Shown: positions 1 through 11,932 of the stretch, piece after piece | Layout of the letters: the number at the start of each line of letters is the position of its first letter | How positions within the stretch are numbered: position 1 is the stretch's first letter | Assembly: GCA_963663805.2 (NCBI GenBank) | Contig: CAXXMR010000008.1 | Coordinates: forward strand, 226,691 to 290,690 | From: Sedimentisphaerales bacterium | Lineage (GTDB): Bacteria > Planctomycetota > Phycisphaerae > Sedimentisphaerales > SM23-30 | Reading direction: 5' to 3' | Length of the DNA stretch: 64,000 nt | Position numbers and translations under genes: made by a program | Notes under the pieces: generated by a model | What the model saw: only the letters and a program-made list of their open reading frames with translations | Told to the model about the DNA's origin: nothing | Databases searched by the model: none

Positions 1-1151
1 AAGGGCGTTCTGATTTCGTGGCTCATATTAGCCAGGAAGTAGCCTTTGGCCTGATTAGCGGCCTCGGCTTTTTCCATAGCCAGGACCAGGGCCTTTTCGG
101 TGTTTTTACGGTGGGTGATTTCGGCACTCTGGGCATTGTAGGTCCTGACAAGTTTCTGGTCTATCCGTCTCACGTAAATGTAGAAAAAGGCACAAACCAG
201 GACCAGCAGAGATGCCGAGGAGGTTACCAAAACAGCCAAAATCGTTCTGCCCACGGCGAGCGAATGGGTAATATCTTTCAAGACCACAATTTCGCCGACT
301 TTCTGACCAGCAGCGTCTATCAGAGTTACAAAACCGGTCAGGAAACTTTGGGAGGCCAAGGGTTCAAAGGAGAAATTTTCGTGATTGGCACGATACCGCT
401 GGATTTGCGGCCCTATCAGGATGTCATATTGGGGAATGGTGCTGTCGATAAAGACAAAGTTGTCGAACTCGTCCCAGTTACCAATCTTGTTGAAAACTTT
501 GAGGCCTGCTTCCCATTTTTTGCGTTCAAGGAATTGTTTTTCGATGAGAAAGATTATTTCCGAACCCAAAATATTTTTCATTTCAAGTGTTATATGCTCG
601 ATTTCCTCGCCCAGTTCGAGATAGCCAATCAGGTTCGCCGTCGGCGTACCAGGGCTGAAGCACGCGCAGGGTAAATGTCCCATATTTGCCAAGTTCGATA
701 CCGTAAAAAGGTTTATTCTGCCTGACGGTTTCGGCGAGGGTGAATCTGGTAACGAGGTCGCCGTTTTTGGTGGGGTTATGGACTCGCATAAAACATATTT
801 TGTCGAGGCCGTGTACATAAAAGTGGGTTACGTTATATTTTTCGCGATAATGTTTAAAAATCGGCTGGGCATATTCTAACAGAGCGGTTTTGTCGTTGGC
901 CAGGCGGGCATTCTGGAGAGTTTTATCGTTTTTTTAGCAGGTCGAGCAGTCCATTAAGAAACCGAGCATCCTCGTCAATTTCCATCTGAAACAATCTGCG
1001 GGTTTCTTCCAGAGAAACGACGTGTTCCCGTTTCGATACTGTTGTATTGATAGCGATTGATTCCGATAATCAAAACGGTGAGGATCAGGGCAATAACGAT
1101 AATGACCGGAAGCACAATATATTTGATAATATGTGGTTTCTTGACAGTCAT
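1..1151 (-). CDS. Membrane sensor histidine kinase (Cache-like periplasmic domain), runs off the window start; several frameshifts
   Basis: Hand-joined minus frames give MTVKKPHIIKYIVLPVIIVIALILTVLII (TM1), then ...FMRVHNPTKNGDLV...GYLELGEEIE..., TM2, and the H-box ANQAKGYFLANMSHEIRTPL at bases 1-60. Confidence 0.8.
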
Positions 1152-1202
1152 TTATCTGTGTTCCCAAATACGTTTTTTCTAGCCACGCATTTTACCGGTT
1201 TG

Positions 1203-3036
1203 TCAAACGACCTGGCAATGAATCAAACTCATTTCGAGTTTGCCCCAGATTCTGGTCAGGATTATGGTGCAAATCGCGGTGAGGGCGGCACAGATAATCG
1301 CGGCTGTGGTTTGGCCGTACATGTAATATCCGGTGGCGAAAACGGCACTGTAGACCCCGATGCAACCCAGGAGCATGCAGAGTATGCCGCGGGGGCAGGT
1401 CGCCGGCGGTGGCGGTCTGGGCAATGGGTTCGCCTGCGGTTTGGGCTTTTTTGAGTACTGCGTTCCAGCCTAATCCGCCGGGGCGGACGAGACGGTAGAA
1501 TTTTCTGAGGACGGCGTCGTCGGCGGGACGGGTGAGGAAGGTGACCAAGAGCCAGGCGGCGGTGGTTATGGCTACGCCGGTGATGAGTTTCTGGTAATCG
1601 GGCAGGGTTTCGCTGTGATATTTGGGGTAAATGATTTCGAAATAGAAGGCTACGAAGAAAGAAACCACCATACCAGTTATCTCGGTCCAGGCATTAAATG
1701 CGCCACCAGAACCAGCGGAGAATGAATATCAGGCCGGTGCCGGCTCCGATTTGGAGGAGAATATTGAAGGCCTGGAGAGCGTTGCTGAGCATAAGGGCGA
1801 TGATGGCGGAGAGGATCATGAGAATGACGGTTGAGATTCTGCCTACTTGTACGAGTCGTTTTTCGCTGGCCTTGGGGGTTGATGAAACGTTGGTAGAAGT
1901 CGTTGACGATGTATGACGAGCCCCAGTTGAGGTGGGTTGACATGGTTGACATATAGGCGGCGACCAGCGAAGCGACCACGATACCTAACAGACCGCTGGG
2001 CAGAAAACTGAGCATAGCAGGGTAAGCGATGTCGTCGCGGATGATTTCGGGGGCGACGTTGGGGAATGTTGCCTGAATGGAGGCGAGGTCGGGGAAGACG
2101 ATGATTGAGGCCAGGGCGACGATAATCCAGGGCCAGGGTCTGAGAGCGTAATGGCAGGCGTTGAAGAAGAGGGTTGCGGCGATGGCGTTTTTTTCATCCT
2201 TGGCAGAAAGCATTCTCTGGGCGAGATAGCCTCCGCCGCCGGGCTCTGCTCCGGGATACCATACGCTCCACCACTGGACGGCGATGGGGATTAGCATTAT
2301 GGGGACGAAAGTATCGAGGAAGCTGAAACCGTTTTCGGTCTTGACGATGGGGACGAGGTGGAGTTTGTCCGGCCAGGGCGGGGTGAGCGAAAAGGTTTTT
2401 AAGGCCGCCGACTTCCGGCAGTGAGCAAGCAACCACCGCGGCGGCAACGGCACCGAACATGGCAAAGGCAAACAAAATAAAATCGGTGATTAAAACTGCC
2501 CGAAAACCGCCCAGACCGCAATATATCACGGTTACGATCAAGGCGACCACGATGGAATTAAAAGGTGACATATTGAGCAGGACACCGCCGATTTTTATGG
2601 CGGCGAGTGAAACCGTTCCCATAATCATGACGTTGAAGAACACGCCGAGGTAAAGGGCGCGGAAGCCGCGGAGAAAGGCTGCGGGCTTTCCGGAATAACG
2701 GATTTCGTAAAATTCGACGTCGGTCATTACGGCAGAGCGTCGCCAGAGTTTGGCGTAAATGAAAACGGTGAGCATACCGGTGATAAGAAAGGCCCACCAG
2801 AGCCAGTTGCCGGAGACACCGTTTTTACGGACGATGTCGGTGACGAGGTTTGGGGTGTCGGTGGAAAATGTTGTGGCGACCATGGAGACTCCGAGCAGCC
2901 ACCAGGGCATGGAACGGCCACCGAGGAAAAATTCAGCGGAACTACTACCGGCCCGTTTGGAGACCAACAGACCGATACCGAGAATAACCATAAAAAAGCC
3001 AATAATAATCGCCCAATCGATTGTTTGCAGATTCAT
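1203..3036 (-). CDS. Sodium:solute symporter (SSS family), frameshifted
   Basis: ATG at 3036 after AAGGAAA; MNLQTIDWAIIIGFF...FFLGGRSMPWWLLGVSMVATTFSTDTP; GGGGYLAQRMLSAKDE and AAYMSTMSTHLNWGSSY continue in ORFs 1677-2471 and 1192-1671. Confidence 0.85.
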
Positions 3037-3059
3037 GCGTTTTCCTTTGCCAACTAAAG

Positions 3060-6000
3060 TTACTCGAAAAACTGTTTGGGTCCAATCAGGTTTTGGCGAC
3101 CTGTAGGGCCTGAATTTTTCGAGTTTACCGTGTTCCTCATCATAAAGCAAGGCTCTATGCAGGCCGAGATTATTGGCCTGGGGTGAGTCGATGAGGTTAC
3201 TGGAGTTGGCGGAACTCATCTGGAAGAGAACTCGCATGTCAAATTCGCGGAGGGTGGCACGGTCGAACAATCTTTCGAGCGAGACGAGAGTGTCGATCCA
3301 GATTATGCAATGTATGCCGACGAGTGGTCCTTCGCGGAGGATTTCGGCGAGTAGTTTGTCGGGTTTGGGTGGCGCATCGCTATCGGTCGAGAAGCTGAAA
3401 TCATCTTCGCTGCGTCTGAGGTTGCGGTATCGGTGCAGTCCGTTGATGACGAGAAATGTGGTCTTAAACTTCTTGTTGTTGTTTTCGGTGCGACAGCGGA
3501 CTTCGTGGGCTAACTGCTCGATGGCTTCGCTGGTTTGCTGGTAAGAAATCGTGCGGCATGAGGGCAATATTTTGGCGTAATCGACTAAGGACTCGGCTGC
3601 TTCAGTTGAAACGGGGAGGTTTTCCATAACGATGAATTCGGCGGCGGGGTTTGTCAAGGCGGCGGTTAAACTTATTAATGAACTGCTGATAAGTCCCAGG
3701 GCTGAGGTTTCGCGTTGGCCCAGGATGAGCAGGTTTGCGCCGCTTTGGCGGTTGAATGTTACCGAGGTGGGTGATTTAACGGCCAGGGGTTCGCCGAGGA
3801 AGGCGGTTGCGTTTTGAGATTGTGCCGGTTGTTTGAACAGATTTATTAGAATCTGGTTGTTGCTCAGCTCGGCGGGAATGTTCCCTTCGAAAACTACCAT
3901 GGGCTCGGCGGTTTGGGTTAATTTTTGTGACCATTGACTGATTTTTTCGAGATATTTATCGCGGATTTCGTCGCTGAGCCAGGCGGTCTGGAATGGGCTG
4001 TTGCCGGCAATCATACCACCGGCATCATTATATATAGCTTCGCCGGGCCGGGAGAGTAGACGGGCGGCAAGATTATTGTCGTCGAGGATGATTTGGGAGT
4101 CGGCTTCGGAACATTGCAGGGCGATACGGACGGCCATCTGCCCCATGGTCGAGCGGGCCAGGCCGGAAGCACCGGCGAGGGTCTGGGAACCGAGAATGAC
4201 ATGGACACCGAAGGCGCGGCCCTGACGAACGAGCTGTTCGAGCAGTACGGCAGCTTCCTGAGCGATGCGGTCGTCCTCGCCGAAAAAGACCTGGAATTCA
4301 TCGACAATCAAAAGTGAACGGGGCAGTTTTTCGCCGGTGACCTGACGATATGAAGCGATATCCTGAGCGTGGGCCTGACGGAACAGTTGGCCGCGTCGGG
4401 CCATTTCAGCATCGAGTTTCTGGAGGATACTGAGGCCAAACTCTCGATCACTTTCGATAGCAACGGTACGGGCGTGGGGCAGTTTGTTTTTGACGTAGGT
4501 TTTGAATTCAACGCCGCGTTTGAAGTCGATAAGGTGCAAATGCAATTCTTCGGGCGAATACCACAGGGCAAGATTGGAAATAATAACATGGAGCAGAGTT
4601 GATTTTCCGGAGCCGGTTTTGCCGGCAGTGAGCATGTGCTGGGCCATTCCTTTGCCTAGTTCGAGATATTGCAGGCGGGTGGCACCGGTTCTGCCGATGG
4701 GTACTTTGATAGCTTTGTCACTTTGCAGGGACCAATGTTCATCCGGTCCGGGGGCAATGCTCTGGAAGGGGATTTCTACGCGGCAGGCATCTTTGGTCCA
4801 GGAGCCGACTTTGTTCATTATATCGGTGAGCGTGTCTTCGGTGGGCGGGGTGTCGAGGCGGAGCGGAAAATTCTGCCAAACGATATCGCGTCGGCAGAAG
4901 CGACCGTCTTCGCAAACAACATGGACACTGCCAGAGCAGAGGTCTTCGTAATTAAAGCCGACGGGCAGTTCTCGGCGGTCGTCGTACATAATGAGAGTAT
5001 AGACGCCGCAGCGGGGGCCACTGTTAATGATGCTGGTGAGTCGTTGGGCAGACTGCTCGTCGAAATTAGCGGGGAAATCGGCGACAACCAGGAAGCGGTA
5101 GGGTTCGGCGAGTTCGCCGGCCTGCTGGTTATATTGTTCGATGGTCTCGAACTCGTTGCGGAGATATTTCTGGATAACGTTTTCCATGTGCTCGGTTAGC
5201 TGGGTGAGCTGCTGGCTGATGTGGGCAGGCTCGGTCCAGATGCGTCTGCCGACTAGTGCTTCGTGATGGTCAGCGGCGTGCATGAATCCGGCGAAATTTT
5301 CTCCGAGTCCTACAGGGTCGATAATGGTGAAGTTTACGCGGCCGGGCGGCAAAGAGACGAACAGGCGGACCATTATCGAACGCAGGGCTTTGAGAGTTTG
5401 TTCACGTCCGGCGTGGCCTGTTTGTAATAACAATGAGGACGAACGGGGGAAAGATAGTAAGGCGGGCAGTTCGAGAGGTTTTTCGAGTGAGATGATATTT
5501 TGGACACGCTGGAGTACGGAGGGCGCGAGCATGTCGGTGGTGATTTCTATGTGGGCGAACTTGAAGAGCCAGTTGAACTGCGAGGATGGTTCAAAAGTAT
5601 TCCAGAAAGCATCGCAAAAGTCGGTAATCAGGCGGCGATCAAATTGGCTGGTTTGTTCGATGAGTTTTTCCAAGCAATTCAGACTCTGCCGGATTCGCTG
5701 GTTGAGCTGATCCAGGGATTCATCGTGCTGTTGTTTGAATTGGCTGGTCTGGGTGTCGAATTTTTGCTGAATGTCCTGCAGTTGCTGTTCATGCTGCTGA
5801 TTAAACTTTTGTTGAAGCTGCTGATGTTCCTTGCTCTTTGGCTTGGGTCTGCTGGCGGTGATCCTGTTCGATTTTTTGAAGGGATTGCTGATGGTTATTA
5901 TCTATTTCGGTGAGTGATTCGGTGCGTTTATCCTGACAGGTTTTGGTTTCCTGCTCGAACTGATTTTGCCATTTTTCCAAATCGTGATCGCGGGTTTGAT

Positions 6001-6966
6001 GGGTTTTGTCGACGAACTCATCGACTTCTTCCAGGGACAGACGGGCTTTTTCTTCGAGCGAAAGACGGGCACATGCGATGGCATGTTGAAACTTTTTATG
6101 CACATCATAAACTGACTGGCGTCCCCGTTTGTATACGGTTTTTCCGCAGGGGAAAATTATTCCCAGAGTTAGCAGGAGAGCGGCAGGGCCCGCTGACATA
6201 AAACGAGACGCTACCTGGCGAGATCAACCGCGGCAAGAGCCAGGCCAAAACAATCATCAGGCTGCATATCAAAAGGGTAATGGCATAAGGTATGATGCCG
6301 ATAAACAGACGCGGCACCCACAAATGATGAAGCGTGTAGAGGAAGTTGTCAGCTTGCTCCTGATATTCATGGTAGTTTTTCAGGTCGGTTGGGTCGGGCA
6401 GTTCCAGCGGGTCCGATTCTGGCGTCTGGCCATAATAGTTCTGGGGGACTGCGTCGGCGGTCTGGCAGAGATTATCGAGTTTTTTATGGGCCGTGAGTTA
6501 CGGCTTCTTTGATTTTCAGGCGTTCGAGCTGATATTTTTTGAGTTTGCCCTCGGCGATATTCTCAGCGGTCATGATTTCATAATCACAATTCTGCTTAAC
6601 TTCGTGCAGACGGGCTTCGGTATCGCTGATTATCTGGTCGCGTTTAGCGTGGGTTTGGGTTTCCAATTTTTTGAGCTGAGTCTGGTATTCCAACTTAATA
6701 TTTGCGATAGTTTGCTCGTGATTTTGGCGGGCGGATTCTGAATGGGTCTGAAAGGTCGCTTCGGCGTGATCGCAGGCTTTTTGAGATTTTTCTGCCGCGT
6801 CGGCAGTGTTGCCTCGATAGATTGAGTTGATTTGTTTTTCGATGGGTTCGATATTGTGCCGGTCGAGGCGGAGGATTTCGGCGAGGGTTTGCCGCTGGAT
6901 GGTGATGTAGTCGCCGTCGAGAGCGGGGGCAGGTTCAAGGAGATATTTTTGTAATTTTTCGCTCAA
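3060..6966 (-). CDS. FtsK/SpoIIIE-family ATPase (EccC/EssC-like) with N-terminal coiled coil and two TM helices; frameshifted
   Basis: Pieces 6484-6966, 6105-6323 (TM), 5801-6199 and 2194-5673 join into one gene; Walker A AGKTGSGKS, LIDFKRGVEF, Walker B IVDEFQ, flanked by two degenerate ATPase-like domains; probable true stop TAA at 3060-3062. Confidence 0.8.
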
Positions 6967-6980
6967 GGTTGAACTCCTGT

Positions 6981-7193
6981 TTATTTACATTCTCGTCGGG
7001 CCTGGATAATCAGGAAGGCGATACGCTCCAGAGCCTGCTCGGCTTTGCGGGTGTCGGCATCAAGGGGATTAATATAGGTTTTCTCAAACTGGTTACGTTT
7101 ATTGTCACGCCATTGTTCAGCGGTCCGGCACCAGGTGTCCAGCAGGTGTTCTCTGGAGGCTTTGATACGAGTACGGGCATCATCTACACTCAT
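6981..7193 (-). CDS. Small helical WXG100-like protein (70 aa)
   Basis: Helix-turn-helix pattern with central QWRD; start overlaps the upstream stop (ATGA). Confidence 0.6.
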   Translation of the reverse strand: MSVDDARTRIKASREHLLDTWCRTAEQWRDNKRNQFEKTYINPLDADTRKAEQALERIAFLIIQARRECK

Positions 7194-7782
7194 TTGGTGT
7201 CCTCCTTATCTTCGGGTGAGTCAATTTCCTTTGCGGGCCTGGTCAGCGGGGTGGTGTCGGTGTCGGGGGCGACTTCCGGCGAGGTGAAATCTGTTTCCAG
7301 TGAAGTGTAGGCATCGAGAGCGGCAGCTAACTGGTCGAGCTGAGCGCGGGCTTTGGGGATTTCGGTCTGGATGTGGCGGTTGAGGGCCTGAATCTGGCCT
7401 CGATATTCGAATATTTTCTTTTTTCGAGGGTCTGTATCCAGCGTTTAACCCGCTCGCATTTCAGCTCGGCTTCTTTGACCTGGCGTTGGGCGGCGATAAA
7501 GTTTTTTTCTTCCTCATCGTAGGCCTGCCGACCACCCAGCGGAGATTTGTAGAGGTCTTTTTTGTTTTTGAGGGCGAGTTTGGCCTGGGTCATCTTGGCG
7601 GTACGCTGACGGAGCTGGAGTTTCCAGTAACCAAGCTGGTCGCGCTTGAGCCATTCGATGGTGCGGCTGACATCGCTGTTGGATTCGTCGAGGGCACGGG
7701 TAGTATTATCAGCAAATGAAGCCAGAGCGGTTCGAAAGTCCCGGAGAATGTCGCTTGAGGCTATACGTGCGTAATCTGCCAT
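7190..7782 (-). CDS. Helical coiled-coil protein of the WXG100 locus (frameshift near 7420)
   Basis: MADYARIASSDILRDFRTALASF...; after the A-run indel the frame continues ...QIQALNRHIQTEIPKARAQLDQLAAALDAY...EDTK to TGA at 7190. Confidence 0.65.
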
Positions 7783-7791
7783 GGCTTGGGC

Positions 7792-8065
7792 CTAGTGCTG
7801 CTGAAGGTATTCTTCGATTAGTCGGGCTTTTTTGCCTAAAAACACGGAATGCTGGTGTGAAGATTCGACAAATCTGGCTAAAACCCGCATGGCTTGTTCA
7901 AATTCAGCCTGGAATTTTCTGCTGTTCCTGGTCCTTCCAGGTGCTTTCGAGGCTAATCATGCGGGAATGGAGCTTCTGCATACCGGCTTCGAGCTCGGCA
8001 TTGAATTTCTGGAGCTCGCGGGCAAAACGCCTGAGTTCGGCGGGGTCAACATGAGCCTTGGCCAT
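7792..8065 (-). CDS. WXG100/ESAT-6-family protein (about 90 aa; one extra base in an A-run, missed by the ORF track)
   Basis: GGAGG RBS; MAKAHVDPAELRRFARELQKFNAELEAGMQKLHSRMISLESTWKDQEQQK/FQAEFEQAMRVLARFVESSHQHSVFLGKKARLIEEYLQQH*; central W-x-D. Confidence 0.8.
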
Positions 8066-8495
8066 AACTACCTCCCAAAATTAAAGTTGTAACTCAACGC
8101 GAGTATAACGGGCAGGAGTTGAATGGAAAAGGTTAAAGTGCTAACGGCCAAGTGACAGCGAAAATTCGGAAAATCATAAGGCTTCAAGTGTCAATAAAAC
8201 AGGCATCCTTTACACAGTCTTTGGCCTGGCTTGACTGTCCAGCTCGGCCACATCAGCATGACTTAGCGAGCTACTTTTCAAAGAGCAAAATTACCAAAAT
8301 CGGGGCCGGCAAAGCGGTATCGCGAGCGTTTAACAACTACATCACGCCCCAGCATATTCCCATATTATGGTTGATATTTGCGACATACCATCCCGTATTA
8401 ACCTTGACATTTGGGAAGCTGAATTCTAAATTATAGTTGATATTTGGGAATGATGGCCGATATAATACAATGATAAGCTATCAGGAGTTCTGGTT

Positions 8496-9804
8496 ATGAA
8501 GCGAATAGCCGAAGAAAAAATACTGAAATGGGCCAATTCCGCCCGCCGAAAGCCTCTAATAATTCGAGGCGCCCGACAGGTGGGCAAGACCTGGCTGGTA
8601 GAGAATTGCCTGGCCAAGCAGTTTGATAATTTCGTAAAAATCGACCTTGAAAGTCAGTCGCAGTTCCACGACGCATTTTCTGGCGATCTTAGTCCCGAGA
8701 GAATGCTCAATATAATAGAGGCCCGTACCGGCAGAATAGTTCCTGGCAAAACGCTTCTGTTTATCGATGAGATTCAGGGTTATCCGCGGGCAATTACGGC
8801 CCTTCGGTATTTTTACGAACAATTACCCGAATTGCATGTCGTTGCCGCCGGATCAATGCTAGAATTTGCTTTCGGGCAAATCTCCGTTCCTGTAGGGCGG
8901 GTTCAATATCTGCATCTTCAGCCCATGACCTTTTATGAATTCATGTTGGCGATGGGCAATGATGTCGTAGCTGAAAAACTACTGGAACACCCCCAAAACC
9001 AGCCTGTTGCTATTGTTGATGCGATTCATGAACAACTTAGAAAATATTTCTTCGTTGGCGGGATGCCAGAAGCAGTCGCTGCTTATCGAAATACACATTC
9101 GATGCTGGAGGCATACGAAGTGCATTCTGAAATTGTCTCGTCGTATCGCGAGGATTTTGCCAAGTATCGTCCAACGGTTGACTACAGTTGCCTGGATACG
9201 GTTTTGGGAAACGTTGCCCATACCGTCGGTCAGCAAATAGTCTATACCCGTCTTTATGAACATGCCACCAGCAAGACAAATCATAAGGCTTTTGATTTGC
9301 TTTGCCGAGCTAAGCTGATAAACAGAATATCTTCTTCCAGCCCATCAGGTTTGCCGCTTGGGTTTGGTGGCAGTAAACGTTTTAAGGCATCTTTGCTGGA
9401 TATCGGCTTGATGCAGCATATGTGTGGTATTGACCCGTCTATAGCCATCGGCAAAAAGGAGCTTCTTTCCATTTACAATGGCCAATTGGCAGAGCAGTTT
9501 GTCGCTCAAGAATTACTGGCCTGGCACAGCAAGAGTCTCTATTACTGGTCACGCGCGGAAAGAAGTTCTAACGCCGAGGTAGATTACTTAACTGTCCGTG
9601 ATGGCAAAATCTATCCGGTTGAAGTTAAATCAGGTTCAGCCGGTCGGCTCAAAAGTTGCATCTATGCCTTGAAACCTACCCCAACTGCGAACAGGGCTGG
9701 GTACTACAGGGTGGCCATATCGGGAACTACCGGAACAGAAACTTGTATTCTGGCCGCTGTACGCTACGCCGCAGCTGGGCGACCGTCAGTGTTTACCGTT
9801 GTAG
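8496..9804 (+). CDS. AAA_14 family ATPase with DUF4143-type C-terminus; frameshifts near the 3' end
   Basis: GARQVGKT Walker A, LLFIDEIQ Walker B, GGMPE, YYW...AEVD...PVEVKS; reconstructed stop TAG at 9802-9804. Confidence 0.85.
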
Positions 9805-10042
9805 TAAACGGCTTGCCGTGGGTGGAACTTGGGAATCATCGTTGTTTGTTGTTTTAATTTTTGAGATTAGAATTTGTTCAGGATTTAGAATTTAGGGCTT
9901 AGAATTTCCAGTTTATCTGGCTTAGGCAAGACGATACTGTCACAGAAAAACTGTGCCACATGCGTGCCACGAGCCAAAAACAGCGACAGCAAAAAAGGCA
10001 TAAGCCATTATCTAATAACAGCTTATGCCACAAAACAAATAA

Positions 10043-10127
10043 CGGAGGAGGAGGGATTCGAACCCCCGGAACGTTGCCGTTCAACGGTTTTCAAGACCGT
10101 CGCCTTAAACCACTCGGCCACTCCTCC
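10043..10127 (-). tRNA. tRNA-Ser(TGA)
   Basis: GGAGGAGTGGCCGAGTGGTTTAAGGCGACGGTC-TTGAAA-ACCGT, long variable arm, GGGGGTTCGAATCCCTCCTCCTCCG. Confidence 0.95.
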
Positions 10128-10526
10128 GGCTGATAATCATTTTTGGCTGTTTATCTGTTGCCAATGATAAACTTGTAACACGAAAGGTGATAATAGTCAA
10201 TATTCTGCTGGGCTGGATATTGACAAAAAGGCGGAAAAGTGCACCCTCAATCAAGCCGCGTATAAAATCTTGAAAAACAGACAGTTACACAGGCAGTCCT
10301 ATATTAAAATCGTCTTTCGGTCGGTGTCTATAATATCAGCGTATCTTTTTTTTATAAAAACTTGCTGATTCCATTATCCTCCTCTATTAATGTACAGATT
10401 GGGAATGCGGAAATAAATAACCTCACATGGGTAGCCATTCCGATAGAGTTCACAGAGATTAACGATATTATTCGTGCCGACCAAGGGCCACAAAAGCCCG
10501 GCCCGGCCCTGAAGAAACGGAGAGCT

Positions 10527-11932
10527 ATGGACAAGGACTATCGCCCTCAGGTCACGCGGCAGGTTCAATATCTGGCTGGCAGGTCGTCCCGCGGATAAAA
10601 TTGAGACTTTGGCCGATCCGAAAATTCTCTATTTGTCCCTTAAAAGCAAAAGATTCCACTTTTCACAAATCGTGGCAGATGATGGCAGCATGGTCAGGCC
10701 TTGCCCAGATTTTGGCTCAAGACCCGGAAAATTTTGGGATTCCACTGCTGGCACCGCGTGGGGGCAAGGTCAACCTTAACGCCCTGCCGGGTCATATCAC
10801 CCTGGAAGACCTCGAACCGGAAGACCGCCCGGTTATCGACCCTCAGCAGCAAATGGCGTATATCCCCAGGCCGGAGATTCCTAACGGGGAAATTCATCAG
10901 AAACTTATGGCGTTGGGAGCGTGGAGCTTTTTCCATGACGCCCACACTCAAAAATTGCCCGACCCCAAAATCTCCCCGGCGGCGATAATAGTTTCAACCA
11001 TCCAGCTCGAGCCGTTCCTGGCCAGAGGTAACGTACTATTAAAGAACAACTTAGAGAAATTTACCAAAGGACTGGAACATTTACAATCTCTGCTGGAATA
11101 TCAGCCGATATACCTTATCGTGCCAGATTTGAAGTCCGACCTGGTTGACCAGATTGGTCAGGCTATTCGGGGGCGGGCCTGCATAAAGGCGATTTTGGTG
11201 AAGTATCAGTATCCGCTGGACCATTTCGCGATTCTGGCCCGGGAACTCAACCTGAAATATGACCCTGAAAACCCCGTCTGGGGCATTCGCACCGAGGGGG
11301 TGCTGGCGGCGGAAACCGCCCTTACCCAAGGCAAGCCGGCCACCACGCGAATAATATCATTGGGCGGCCCGGCGGTATCGAATCCGACCCATTATGAGGT
11401 TTGCGCCGGTTATCCTATCAGTCAGTTTTTAGAGGGTAAGCTGAATTGTGAAAATGTTCGACTGCTCAACGGCGGTTCGCTGACGGGCGAGATTCTGGAC
11501 GAAGCAACCAAAGGCATCCCGCTGGGCTATACCGGCATCACCGTTCTGGAAGAACCAACCAAACGGGAAATGCTGAGTTTCACCCGACCCGGTGCCGATC
11601 GGCAGTCATACAGCAATTGCTTCCTGAGTGCTTTGCGGAAGGCGTTCCCGGAGCGGATTACCACGTCACTACGCGGCGAAAAACGACCCTGTATCGCCTG
11701 CGGCTACTGCGAGGAAATCTGTCCGGTGGGTATTATGCCGCATCTTATTCATAAATTAATGTATCGCGACGAACTGGAACGAGCCGAACAAGCACGAGCG
11801 GACCGCTGTATCGGTTGCGGACTGTGTTCGTTTGTCTGCCCCTCCAAAATAGACCTGCGTAAGGAAATACTTGAGGCCCAGGACACCATACAACGGGAAC
11901 TTCACAGCGAAGTCGAGGAGGCCGACGAATAA
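10527..11932 (+). CDS. nqrA: NqrA-like subunit with C-terminal 2x[4Fe-4S] motifs; 5' end frameshifted
   Basis: Reconstructed N-terminus FNIWLAGRP...QILAQDP...LLAPRGGKV; CIACGYCEEICP and CIGCGLCSFVCP; first gene of an nqrB-F operon. Confidence 0.7.

Noticed and set aside
2194..5673. Apparent FtsK-symporter fusion (1159 aa ORF)
   Set aside because: One indel in the T-run gives TAA at 3060; the symporter has its own RBS and ATG at 3036
8275..8287. boxA-like TGCTCTTTGAAAA upstream of the WXG100 operon
   Set aside because: Lacks the ATTGAATA extension and lies upstream of the likely -10 (TATACT, ~8102-8107); cannot exclude chance
9850..9910. 7-nt TTTAGAA-type repeats (mirrored at ~27445-27482)
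   Set aside because: Simple intergenic heptamer repeats with no associated gene or function I can support
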